Below are positions 22,621 through 35,300 of a stretch of 64,000 nt of DNA, piece by piece (position 1 is the stretch's first letter; each line of letters begins with the position of its first letter). Below the pieces are notes generated by a model. It was not told the DNA's origin. It searched no databases and worked only from the letters and a program-made list of their open reading frames with translations. The stretch lies in the NCBI GenBank assembly GCA_043228905.1, contig JBHGNT010000010.1:1922001-1986000 (forward strand), in the 5' to 3' direction. The stretch comes from Azolla caroliniana (taxonomy: Eukaryota; Plantae; Polypodiophyta). The position numbers and the translations under genes are program-made.

Positions 22621-23047
22621 CACGTGCTAATTTTTTCTTGGGGAAGATGCGCACGTGCTTATTGTTAATATTCCCATTGTTCACACCAAGGTCATGGGCC
22701 ATGGCCAATGGTGACATGATTTAGGTCTGGCATGGCATGCTTATCTCCTGCAATGAATGATCTATCACAGCCATAGCTTGTTCCTCACGCCTATAAATAC
22801 CACACTATCCTCCACTCCATTATTACCAACAAACAATTCCCAATCTTCCATCTCTACATTTCCACCACTAATTATACATCCATACATTTCCTACCAAGGT
22901 ATTTCTGAATCATCTATTCTTGTGTTATGCTTCCTCTGATTGCTCTATTTAAACACATGTAGCTTTCATTTGATTCCTGTTTGATTAGGTTTTCTCCGCA
23001 GTTTCATACAAAAGTTCCAGCGGCAGATCGCATTTCGATTCGGCAGG
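22621..23047 (+). promoter_or_regulatory. Promoter and 5' UTR (probable intron) of gene A2
   Basis: Two CACGTG G-boxes (22621, 22652), CCTATAAATA at 22790, CAAG|GTATTT donor at 22899; acceptor uncertain. Conserved before A3. Confidence 0.5.
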
Positions 23048-23716
23048 ATGAGGAATATGTTGCTCTTCTCTTTTGTTGCCATTTGTTTGGCGTGCAGTCA
23101 TTCCCCCGAATTCGGGCTCGCGGCCGACGAAGACATTTGCCCCACGGCACAAGAAGCCGTGTTCCCGTACTGGTCGTTGTGCTCGGATCCCGCAAAGTAT
23201 AGTTACTCCGGAGGTATTTACAAGCTCCAATCGCAAGGAAGCGGGGATGGCAATGGCTATCTCCTGGCCCCCGAGTGGGATGCCACAGACTCCACCTACT
23301 ATGTCCGCCTCGTGGAGGATTCGGCTGCGGCTGCCAATTACGTGTTCACACACACCACAAGGGAAATCCGTCCATACGTCACGGTGTCCGACACCAACAT
23401 CATCATCGTGAATGCCGACACCCAGCGGTATCTGAAGTGGCGCGACGAAGGCGGGGAACGGTTCTTGGTGGAGGCGGCCATGAATGAGGATTCTACAAGC
23501 CTGGCATTGTTCGAGTTTGCACCCAACAACACGGTCACGCTTGCATGTCCACGCGTGCTCAACGCACGATGCCAAGCGTATGATCTCGTGTCCATGGCAT
23601 CTGACCCGACCACGGGACTCAGCCCTTACAAGGAGGATGGTGTCGTCTACTTCACATTGTCTGCCGAGAACCTTCTTCCCTTCACCCTCATCAACGCGAC
23701 CAAGACTGCGACCTAA
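23048..23716 (+). CDS. Secreted protein subtype A, copy A2 (222 aa)
   Basis: Hydrophobic signal peptide. Colinear with subtype B (DICP.A.EAVFP.WS.C, LAPEWD, STYYVRLV, NADTQR, EGGE.FLVEA, RCQAY, EDG..YF.L). Confidence 0.92.
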   Translation: MRNMLLFSFVAICLACSHSPEFGLAADEDICPTAQEAVFPYWSLCSDPAKYSYSGGIYKLQSQGSGDGNGYLLAPEWDATDSTYYVRLVEDSAAAANYVFTHTTREIRPYVTVSDTNIIIVNADTQRYLKWRDEGGERFLVEAAMNEDSTSLALFEFAPNNTVTLACPRVLNARCQAYDLVSMASDPTTGLSPYKEDGVVYFTLSAENLLPFTLINATKTAT

Positions 23717-24804
23717 AAGCTCGACCTCCCGTCTATAAAACATGTGATTCAGGCTGTTATTTTGCAATGCAAAATTTGCAGATTGCCAAATAAGTGTATT
23801 CAAACTAGTGATTGGAACGAAACTCTGTGAATAAAATATAACAAGCACTACCTCATGATATATGAGAGCTTTCATGTTTCACCACAACTATGAGTGCTTC
23901 TTCTTTCTTATAAAAGTTGGGTATATGTTTGTATGTACATGTATTTATGCATGTATATCGTATGTATGTAGTACGCTTATATGTATGTAAGTATGTTAAT
24001 TTGTATGTGTATAAACCACATTTTCCATGAGAGAGAGAGAGAGAGGAGGAGGAGAAGAAGAAAACCTTGGATCAAGAACCTAGGAATTGTGCTTGACCTT
24101 TGGTTGTCTACAAGGGAGATGGGGGACTTTGAAGTTTGAATCTCCCTTTTCTTGAAATTTTCTTACAATTATTTTAAAAACCTAACGTTATATGTTGGGT
24201 TTTACATTGTGGCGTTTATTATCGCGTCGAATCTAAAAAACTATGGTACGAAATTGCATGTAACTTTTAGCGTCACGGTTAACATCATCCATCTATTGTG
24301 TTATTTAGTGTCGCTATCATTAGTAAAAATATGTTCAACAGTAATGCCCCCTTATGCTAAAGTGTATATACATATAAAATATACAACACATATGCTCACT
24401 CACTTCATTTGCTCACAAATTCACAATACACCTAATTCACACGCATAAATTTGCAAGCACATAACATGTATAAAACAAGCAATTCAATTGAGAACAACTC
24501 CATAAGCATATTCAAACATGCTCATTGCTCACAATAAAAGCACATCACTAAAGGTTTCCTTGTAACAACAAATGCACACTTACAATCAACCCATACACAT
24601 ACATATACGATATAAATTAATAGACAAACCACCGACCTCACATTCAACATACTTGCATCATTGTACATGCACAAAAATTTGAGTATAAACAATCAAGTTC
24701 ATACACAATTACAAGAAAAAGGAACATAAGTAGATTGAAGGTTACCCATTTTCCACCATCAAAACCCACCTTGGATCGTTTGGCTTCGAGGGTGTCAGTG
24801 TCAT

Positions 24805-26850
24805 CAAACTAGTTTAAAATCGAACTGTTTAAAATTTTGAAACTTGAACTGAACGGAACCGAATTGCAAAAACCATTAAAAATTGAGGTTTTGTGTTCAG
24901 CTTCAGTTTTCAAGTTAGGTCAAATTTCAAAATTTATCAAATTTTCATTGCGTCAAGTTTTAATAAAATTACAAAATTTTAACGTTTTTCCTTAAAATGT
25001 GAGAACGAGGCTTAGAAATGAAAAGGTTGTTGACTTAAAAATTAAAATATAAAATAAAATGAAGCAGCTAGCCTAAACCATCAAACCGTTTAAACCAAGG
25101 TTTCAAATGATTTAAACCGAATTGAACTTTTCACCCCAAACCAAACTGAACAATTTAAAAAAACCTAAACCTGAATTAAACCGAACTGAACTCTTAAGTT
25201 GTGGTTTCGCAGTTCAGTTCGATTCATACTAAACTGTTGCTAATTGTTATTTGCAAGCACACATACACGTATAAAACAAGCAACTCAATCCAACACAACT
25301 CTATAAGTATATACAAACATGCTCACAGAAAACCACATAAACATTTCCTTGTAACTACAAATGCACAGCTTACAATCACACCATACACATACATATATAA
25401 TATAAATTTATAGACAAACCACCAACCTCACAATCAACATACATGCACTTTTATACATGCACAAAAATCGAGTTGTTTAAAATTCAAACTAGTGTAAAAT
25501 CGAACTGTTTAAAATTTTGAAACTTTAACTAAACGGAACCAAACTGTAGAAACCATTAAAATTTGAGGTTTTGAGTTTAGCTTTAGTTTTCAAGTTAGGT
25601 CAAATTTCAAAATTTATCAAATTTTCATTGCGTCAAGTTTTAATAAAATTACAAAATTTTAACGTTTTTCCTTAAAATGTGAGAACGAGGCTTAGAAATG
25701 AAAAGGTTGTTGACTTAAAAATTAAAATATAAAATAAAATGAAGCAGCTAGCCTAAACCATCAAACCGTTTAAACCAAGGTTTCAAACTATTTAAACCGA
25801 ATTGAACTTTTCACCCCAAACCAAACTGAACCGAAACTGAACAATTTAAAAAAACCTAAACCTGAATTAAACCGAACCGAACTCTTAAGTTGTGGTTTCG
25901 CGGTTCGGTTCCATTCATACTAAACTGTTGCTAATTGTTATTTGCAAGCACACATACATGTATAAAACAAGCAACTCAATCCAGCACAACTCTATAAGTA
26001 TATACAAACATGCTCACAGAAAACCGCATAAACATTTCCTTGTAACTACAAATGCACAACTTACAATCAAACCATACACATACATATATAATATAAATTT
26101 ATAGACAAACCACCAACCTCACAATCAACATACATGCACTTTGGTACATGCAAAAAAATCGAGTTGTTTAAAATTCAAACTAGTTTAAAATCAAACTGTT
26201 TAAAATTTTGAAACTTGAACTGAACGGAACCGAACTATAGAAACCATTAAAAATTGAGGTTTTGTGTTAAGCTTCAGTTTTCAAGTTAGGTCAAATTTCA
26301 AAATTTATCAAATTTTTATTGCGTCAAGTTTTAATAAAATTACAAAATTTTAATGTTTTTCCTTAAAATGTGAGAACGAGGCTTAGAAATGAAAAGGTTG
26401 TTGACTTAAAAATTAAAATATAAAATAAAATGAAGCAGCTAGCCTAAACCATCAAACCGTTTAAACTAAGGTTTCAAACTATTTAAACCGAATTAAACTT
26501 TTCACCCCAAACCAAACTGAACCGAAACTGAACAATTTAAAAAAACTAAAACCTGAATTAAACCGAACTAAACTCTTAAGTTGTGGTTTCCCGATTCGGT
26601 TCGATTCATACTAAACTGTTGCTAATTGTTATTTGCAAGCACACATACTCGTATAAAACAAGCAACTCAATCCAGCACAACTCTATAAGTATATACAAAC
26701 ATGCTCACAGAAAACCGCATAAACATTTCCTTGTAACTACAAATGCACAACTTACAATCAAACCATACACATACATATATAATATAAATTTATAGACAAA
26801 CCACCAACCTCACATTCAACATACATGCACTTTTGTACATGCACAAAAAT
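24805..26850. repeat. Local ~691-bp tandem triplication of the MITE-containing spacer
   Basis: Copies start at ~24805, 25485 and 26176. The same short ORF recurs at 25201, 25892 and 26583. There is a single copy in the first unit (~1266-1930). Confidence 0.9.
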
Positions 26851-28536
26851 TTGAGCATAAACATTCAAGTTCACAAACAATTACAAGGAAAATGAAAGTA
26901 AATATAGTGAAGGTTACCCATTTTCCACCATCAAAACCCATCTTCCATCGTTCATAGCTCACATTTTTCGTACTCTTCTTGTAGTGTTTGACGAATCAAT
27001 TGGTGAGGGCTGTATATTGCTAGGCGAACAATATGTGAGGGAAGGAGGAATAATTTTCGAGTCAAATGACAGGCAGTATGTTGGAGATTGAAAAATTGTC
27101 ACCTCTTTAAGTGTCACTAAAGCTTCTAGCCTAAGATACATAATGTTTTCAAAAAGGGAGGGGAAAGAACGAACGTGAAGTTGTTACTCCAAAAAAGAAG
27201 TTCACAAGAGGAGTTTAGTCGGGATCATATGGTCAAGACTATAATTGTTCTCACCATGTTTTCTCCCTAAGTTGGCAAAAGATTCAAGGGAAAAGGATTG
27301 AGTGATATCAAACCCCATATGAGACAACAAGGGATGTGGAATGAAGACTAATTGAGAACTTGAACTCACTACTCTTGCTATTTCACCATTCCACAATTTG
27401 ATGAATTATGGTATGTCTCTCCAATTGAATCTCCGAACCTTGTCGATGAACTTTCTCCACCATTACAATTACATATGTGGCCATCTCCCGTGCACCAAGA
27501 GTTTTGTGCCACAACAACAAATGGCACTCGAGCAATCTTCGCTTCTTTTTTATTGTTGTTGTAACCTTTTTTTTCTATCTATCAACATAATGTGCATTAT
27601 GTTTTGATGTTTACATTGAGAGTTGCACAATATATTATTCATCATAGCTTTTTTCATTTGAAATGAACTTAGATTTATGTTAATGTTAATAGCCATGTGT
27701 TTTAAAGGTTAACAGGATGCATTTTCCGAATGTAAGATGTAGTAGACTGATTTCTGAAATATGTCAACATAAGTAATGATTTGCCATTTTGTCTTATGAT
27801 AAACTAGGTTGGCCCCGTCTAGCCCAAAACAAAGACCAGAGAATGATTCTTATGGGGAAGGAATGTCGCAATCAATCTCTTATTCATATTGGTCCCTCTG
27901 CTGCATGAATCTTTTGCCCATGCATTTCTCCGTTTCTCTCTAAATAAAGATTACCTATGGCACTTCTTTGAAGATAATTGCTTTAATTTCAATCCTCAGC
28001 TTGCATGCTTGACATCTACATAGAGTGAGTGGCTTTGGGGATAACCCTCAATGTAATGACCTTCAGAAGCTGGATGTCTTTTTGTTCAATCCTTTCTCTT
28101 TTCTCTACCACAAATTTGTACATTTTATCCATATGTTGGTTAGGCCCATTTTTTAGTCGATAGACATTTGTCATTCTTCATTACTCATATTGGACAATAC
28201 AACAATGTACTGCGCTAGGCATTTGTTTCTCGTGATCCCCAGAAGAGATCATGATATATTGAAACTAAAGATAACTACACTTTATCATTCAGCCTTATCT
28301 CGACTAAAGAAGATCTGTAAAACCTATAAATAGGCCGCTAGAATAGGGCCTCAATTCACAGTATCTCATCTCTCCACATCAACAATACATCACACCACCA
28401 CAAGCAGGAAAGGAAGGAAGGTAAAAATTCAGTAGTGTCAAAGTGTTGTTCTGAATGTGGCTGTGTTAATGCATGTATGTATATATGTTATCATTAAGAA
28501 GGAATGGTGTGTGTTTGCTCCTGATTCATTAGGAAT

Positions 28537-29205
28537 ATGAGGACTCTTGTGCTACTTCTGGTTGCCATGGCCATCTCCTTGGTTTCTACTGGCGCACTCA
28601 GTCAACCCAACGACATTTGCCCCACGGCCGATGAAGCCGTTTTCCCCTACTGGTCCCTATGCTACGATCCAGCAACCTATGACTACTCTGGGGGTGTTTA
28701 CGCCATCGAATCGGCGGGGAGTAGCGGGGGCTCTGGCCAATACCTGGCGCCAGAGTGGGACTCCGAGAATTCCACCTACTATGTCCGCCTGGTCAATGGC
28801 GATTCCTCCGCGGCCAAGTACGTGTTCACACACAACAGCAGGGAAATCCGATCATATGTTGCCGTGAACGCCAATGACATCATCATCAAGAATGCCGACA
28901 CCCAGAGATTTCTGGCATGGCGAGACGAGGGCGGGGAGAAGTTCCTCGTGGAGGCGGACACATCCGATGATGATACAAGCCAAGGATTCTTCAAGTTCAC
29001 ACCCGATCGCTTTGTTCGCGTGCCGTGCCCTGTTATCTTTCAACTGCGTTGCCAGGCCTACAACATCGTCTCGGGATCCGACCCCTCATCCGGACTCACC
29101 GCGTACGAGGAGGATGGCGCCATCTACTTCAAACTCGCCGCCGATGATCTTGTCCCCTTTGTCCTTCGTACAACCCAATCTGAAAGCTTGAAAAGCTTAA
29201 TGTAA
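28537..29205 (+). CDS. Secreted protein subtype B, copy B2 (222 aa)
   Basis: Intact paralogue of B1 with signal peptide, TATA at ~28323 and the same intron signals. Confidence 0.92.
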   Translation: MRTLVLLLVAMAISLVSTGALSQPNDICPTADEAVFPYWSLCYDPATYDYSGGVYAIESAGSSGGSGQYLAPEWDSENSTYYVRLVNGDSSAAKYVFTHNSREIRSYVAVNANDIIIKNADTQRFLAWRDEGGEKFLVEADTSDDDTSQGFFKFTPDRFVRVPCPVIFQLRCQAYNIVSGSDPSSGLTAYEEDGAIYFKLAADDLVPFVLRTTQSESLKSLM

Positions 29206-32200
29206 CCCGTTTGCTTATGCAATGCAAAATGTGTATTCATAATAATAAAACATTTCCCTACTTTTGATCGTGTCGAGATAAAGCCTACATTCGGGACAAG
29301 TTGTGGACATTGTCACTTCCCATGGTGAGTATTCATGAAACATACAGAAATTATTAGAAGTCACGATGAAATTTGTAAGAAGACAGACGAAATAATCGAT
29401 TAGAAATTGGAAATTGTTTTGTCTATTATATGTGCCGTAGAAAGATTTTGTGTACATGAATTTTGGTGGTTTGAGTTTTGAATAGTTTGCAGTAGCTAGA
29501 ATTCGTGGTTGCAATCTTTGGATAAAGGTAACAATGGGCTTGACTTGGTTCGGTTTGATGTCTATGTCCTGAAATTGTACCGAACTATCCATATAAAACA
29601 AAAACCGAACCTAATCGTTTATGACCTCTTAATCCATTCAAACCAAACCGTTTAAGATCAAGTAAACCAAACCATTTAGGGAAACGTTGAAACCAAACCG
29701 AACCATTTAATAAAAAATTTTAAGCTAACCATTTAATCAAACTAATAAAAATGCTAAATAAACAAAAATACATTAAAATTAAACAAACATTCAAGTTAAA
29801 ATGATTAAATCAATAAACAAAATTATGTAGACCATTAAATTAAATAAACATTGTAGTTAAATTAATTAAATCAATAAAAAAACACTAATTAAACCATTGA
29901 GTTAATAAACCATTAAGGGAAAATAAAAGTTAACGGAAAAAACAATATATGTTTAAACAAAAACCACTTAAACCTATAAACCGATATACCCCAATTTTAG
30001 AACTGAGCCTAACTAAAACCGAACTATTTATTTATAATCTAAATCAAACCAAACCATTAATTTTTTTTGGAACGGATAAATCGTTAAATAATTGCTTAAC
30101 AGTTCGGTTCGATTTGAGTCGAAACTGGGACCATAAATAAATAAAGGGGTATTTATATCGGGGATGAATAAAATAGTTTGGAAAGTGTTTTCTTTGTAGT
30201 ATAAACAAATTTTGGGTATGGATAAGTGGTTCAAGTTAGACTATACATTATTGAAGGTTTTTTTACCAACATCTAATTTATTTATGTTAATGTCCATGCT
30301 TATGTGTTCTATAGCTTAACACAATGCATTGGCAAAATAAGCCATTGCATTCTCAATATCATATATTATATAATAAGAATAGGCTAATTTCTCAAATCTT
30401 TCAACATAAATAAGATTTTCCATTTTATCTCATAATAGCAATGTAAGGTATGGATGGGTTGGCCTTCCACATGGCGTGATCGTAGTACCATTACATGGGT
30501 AGTTACGTCAATCCAAAAATTTGAATCTCTCTTCCCCAACTTCAAAATGTAAACCATCATGATTAACTCGTCAAATTTGTCATGTTTATCATGGATGATC
30601 CTTGTCATGTCATAGAGTCATCACATGAGCTAATTCCGTTCCCAAACACGCATGTTGGTTCATGGTTCTAGTTTAAAAAATATGTAAGCTTTGCAAACTT
30701 TACATTCCTATCTTTGTGAGAATTAAACGAGAGAGCATAAAGGGAAGGATAGTGGAAGTATGTATGTACCTTATATTGATTGATTCTTGTTTACATATGT
30801 TTGTTTATATGTTATCGGAGGTTACAAAACATGCACCTCTTCATGTGAACGAATACGAAGGGGTATATATATTTTCCTAACAATAAAATACTTAAATAAG
30901 ATAATGCTAGTATGTATTGTACATTATAACTATTTCAACAATCTCAAATGACCAAAACTCTCATGTCATTAGCATAATCACCAATGTCTATGCATTGATC
31001 TACAAAGGGATTGGCCATGTCTAACCAAAGGCATGATCATACAATGATTCCTTCTGAGGGAAGAATATAGCAACCTCATATTTATATTAGTGCCTCGACC
31101 ACATGAATCGTTGGCTTGTATATTTCTTCTCCATAAATCAGTCTAATATAGCTCTTCTTTGCCAACAAATGCTAGTATCATTGATTCATAGGCATTTTCA
31201 TGCTTGACATCCACATGGAGTGGTCTTTGGATAACCCTCAAATTATGTCTATTCTAGGTAGTGCGCCCCATTCTTTGCTCGATGGAACACTTGGCTTCAT
31301 CATTGCCATGTGATCTTGGCTTGATCTCTTTTTCCGTAATATCTTTATTGGGTAAGTAGGCCCATTGTAAAAGGATGTCTTGTACCACGTGGTCCCTAGA
31401 AAAGATAATATGCAGGTTTGTCCTTTCGTTGCTTTTCACCATCAATGGGCAATCTTATCTGGACTAAAGATCTTATTTACACTTGTTCTTTGTCTATAAC
31501 GCGGCTCACATTGCAACCTTATATGGACCAAAGATCTTATTGATGGTGCTCTTTGTGTGCATATCCAATAAAATCCACAATTAACAGCATAAATCTCTCC
31601 ACATACATCAACAACACAAATACAACATACGGAAATGATTAGAAATCACCATGAAAATTATAGGTACTAGAGAGTATATATATATATATATATATATATG
31701 TAAATCAATGGCAAAATGGAAATTGTTTGTTGTCAATAAGTCCCCAAGATCCCCAACAAAATTGTTTGTTTGTATAAGCACTCATTAGAATTCCGAGTGT
31801 GCAAACTTTGGGTGAATGAGAATTTAAAGAGAGAGATGGGATTTGAGAGTTTGGGATGCGTGTGTATGTATCATAAATTAGGAAGAGGAAGAGAGGAGGG
31901 ATACATGTGAATATGAGGTTCAAGTTAGACTCTTAGGTTTGTGAGGAGTGTTTCTTCATTGGGTCTCGTTTGTGAGGGTTATATTCTATTGCTCCAAAAC
32001 AAAGCTTTACAATAAGTTTCTTCCTCATGTAAAGCTTTTTCACTTTGATTTAGGTTCTCTTGGACGTGAGCTCGTCACAAGATATTATTCTAGCATATCT
32101 CAACCTTCACATGTAGAAATTGGATTTTGCTTTCACTCTCATGCCTCGAACTTAAGCTTCATTCTTTGACCGCCAAGGTGATTCCAAGGCAATACGTCTT

Positions 32201-32311
32201 TATAATTTATGGTTAATACACAACTAGGTTAGGTCATTTAGGTAAGCTTGGTCTTGAGTTTAGATTGGAGGCTAAGGACAAACTGCAGGTTACATTTTAA
32301 CAATTGAATCC

Positions 32312-35300
32312 TGTTATGTACACATAACGTTGGTGAGGGTAAGTCACCAATATTTACATTAGTGAAGGGTATGTTCACTAATGTTAAAAAGGAGACTGAT
32401 GATTGGATAGAAGGAATGATAAGTGCATGCACTATAATGATTTGGACAACCAATTAATGGAGAGCCTTTTAGAAAGGCACATCTATTCAAGGGGCCTAGG
32501 AAAAGGTATAAATATGAGGCTTAGCTAGCCTCATAATCAAATTACGTCGGAAGGCTACTGTCTTAGACACCGGTGGTGCGGGCTAGGCTTTTGTCTCGAC
32601 GATCGTGTTTATCTCTTCCAAGGTATTAGTCATCCTAATATCCGGCGGTATGGGACATCGGTGGTAGGTTGGCTATGTCTAGATCATAGCTCGGGGGTGG
32701 TTGAGCGGAACAGGTTCTTCTATCCATTCTGTTTTCCTTCTTTTACTTTAGTTTGGTCTATTGATTAGTAATAGACTCTTAACAGTGGTATCAAAGCATT
32801 TACTAACAATTTTTTTTGTTTTTTTGATGTTTTTTGTGTGTGAGCGATGGAGATCAAACAAGGCTCGTCATGCTCTTCACAAGATCAAAACAACATTCTA
32901 AACTCGGTATTCTTCTTTCTCGATCTCTCTTTTCTTTTCTATGAGGCTTCCTTCTTGGTCATATGGATTTGGTATTAAGTTTTTCTTTTCTTTTCTTTCT
33001 TCTTTCTACCATCATACGATGTTAATCTAATTATGCATCGGGTCGAGCGTGTTTGCACTAATTGCACACGCTCAACTCATGGCCCTTTTCCATATTGCGA
33101 TGTATCTTCCACCCTCTCCTCTCTTGAGCCATCTCTTACGATAATAATTATTCATGTGCATCGGGTCGAGTGTGTTTGCCCTAATCGCACACGCTCACCT
33201 TATGGCCCTTTTGCATATGATGTTGAGTATACCACTCTTCCCTTTATTGAGCCATCTCTTGGTTGATTCTATGGGATGTTGTGGTCTGGACGAGGTGTAT
33301 GTCGCCTACCTACGCCACTCTACTCTCTATTGAGCCATCACTTGGCCGATTCTATGGGATGTGGCCTTAACGAGGTATATGTCGCTTACCTATGCCACTT
33401 TACTCTTTATAGAGCCATCAATTGGCCGATTCTAGGGAGATGTGGTGGTCTTGAGGAGGACGTGCATGTCGACTACCTTAGGGTTTCATACCTTAAGGCA
33501 TGCTTAATGATTGATACACCTAATTGATTATTATTCTAATTAATTTCTAATTACACAAATTTTCGTTTCTCTTCTGTATGATTTTCTAGTAATCGTCATT
33601 TACCCACCCACAATTAACTCTCTTGCTTGCCCTTATTTTAAGTTCAGCTACACTATTTAGGTACGTTTAATGGTGTAACGATTCATGTAGACTATTTTTT
33701 TATATTGAGTGGGCATCATGCCGTTTTTTGAACGATTTATTCCAACGGCTCATCTAGGTTTAACTCATATTATCGAGCCTTAGAACTCGAGTAAAACCAC
33801 ATGAGTTGCCCTATTGATGTTTTACTCATAGATTTGAGTTCTACATCTTTGCGCACAACACCACCACCACTTGTATCAATTTGTGGCTTATGTCACAATT
33901 GTGCAAATTACAACCACCATATTGGGATGTATATGTGGATACCTCACACCATCCATTTATTTGTGACATTTGTTTTTAATAGGTAACACATGGGATTTTT
34001 GACCCTTATTTTCGTCACTACTTGATTCTTATGGGTAGTGCCTTATTTTATCATTTTTGTCATAACTTGCATCATGGAACAAGTTTTGAACACTGTTGGA
34101 GCAATCTCTCCGACCGAGACCTCTCAACTCCAATCCACATCTCACACACAAGCTGAGATCACATTTGAGCAATTGCTCACTACTACCTTGAAGCAATTGG
34201 CCGAAATGAGGCAGGCCAATATGGCATTGGAAAAGAAATTCCAAGAATTAACTATTGAGTCCAAGAAAGAAGGTGAACCTTCTTTCGAAGTAACGCCATT
34301 CAAGGGAGATAAGAAAGAAAGAACCAAGGAGGCCATTAGCACTTGGCTTGGTCGTTGGGAGTCTCACTTTGAGCTCCATCCCAAGGCCGATGCTATAAAA
34401 ATTGGTTACGTTGGTCGTGAGTTAGGTGGCCGAGCTGCTGCTTGGCGGCACGGCCTAAGGACTGCAAAGAACTTACCCACAACTTGGGAAGGTTTTGTTG
34501 ATGTTTTTAAGAAACTGTTTTTGTAGCCACCTTCTTAAACTGAACAAGCGCAACACTTGCTCATGTTGTTGACTAAGCCATTTACCTCTCTCAAGGATTA
34601 TGTGCATCATGCTCGGACCTAGATCCAAAAATCGGGACTTACGGGTGAGAAATGGTTTGTTGCTTGCTTTTTGAATGGTATTCCTAATGGGGATTACCAT
34701 TGGATTGTCCATGACAAGGACCCCATAACTTTCAAGGAAGCCGTCAACATTGTACTTCGGTACCATAGGACTTCCAAGAAAGACCACAATAAACCTGAGT
34801 TTGCCAAAACTCCGAATATCAAGTTCATTGGGAAACATAAGCAATCCAGTGACACTCTTGACCGCGACTCCAAGAAACCAAACCTCTTCCTTGCATATTG
34901 CAAGAAGCAGGGCCACACAAAGGATACATGTTATCGTCTTGAGAGGAAGTCAATGAACAACCCTCCTCAAGACAAATCTACGAGTCACTTAATTTTTTGT
35001 TGTTGTTGTTGTTGAAGTTCATACCAACCACTTAAGTTCATGTGAATGCACTTTTCCTTCACATTTACTTGGACATAATGATTAATTCCGATCAGTCGGG
35101 TATATCAATGGAAGACAAGCACATTTCTTGTTTGATTCCAGTAGTTGTCACTTTGTGCAACAAATGGAACTCAACATAAAGGCAAGTGATCATATCTATC
35201 AAGTTCACATGGCAAATGGAAGTGTTCAATACATCAGTGGCATTGTTTGTCAACTGCCAATTCAAATAGATACCTATTTGGCGAAGCTTCACTTTCATGT

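Noticed and set aside
22985-23875. 296-aa minus-strand ORF (and 41074-41628)
   Set aside because: Antisense shadow of GC-rich gene A; broken in the A3 copy; no recognisable motifs.
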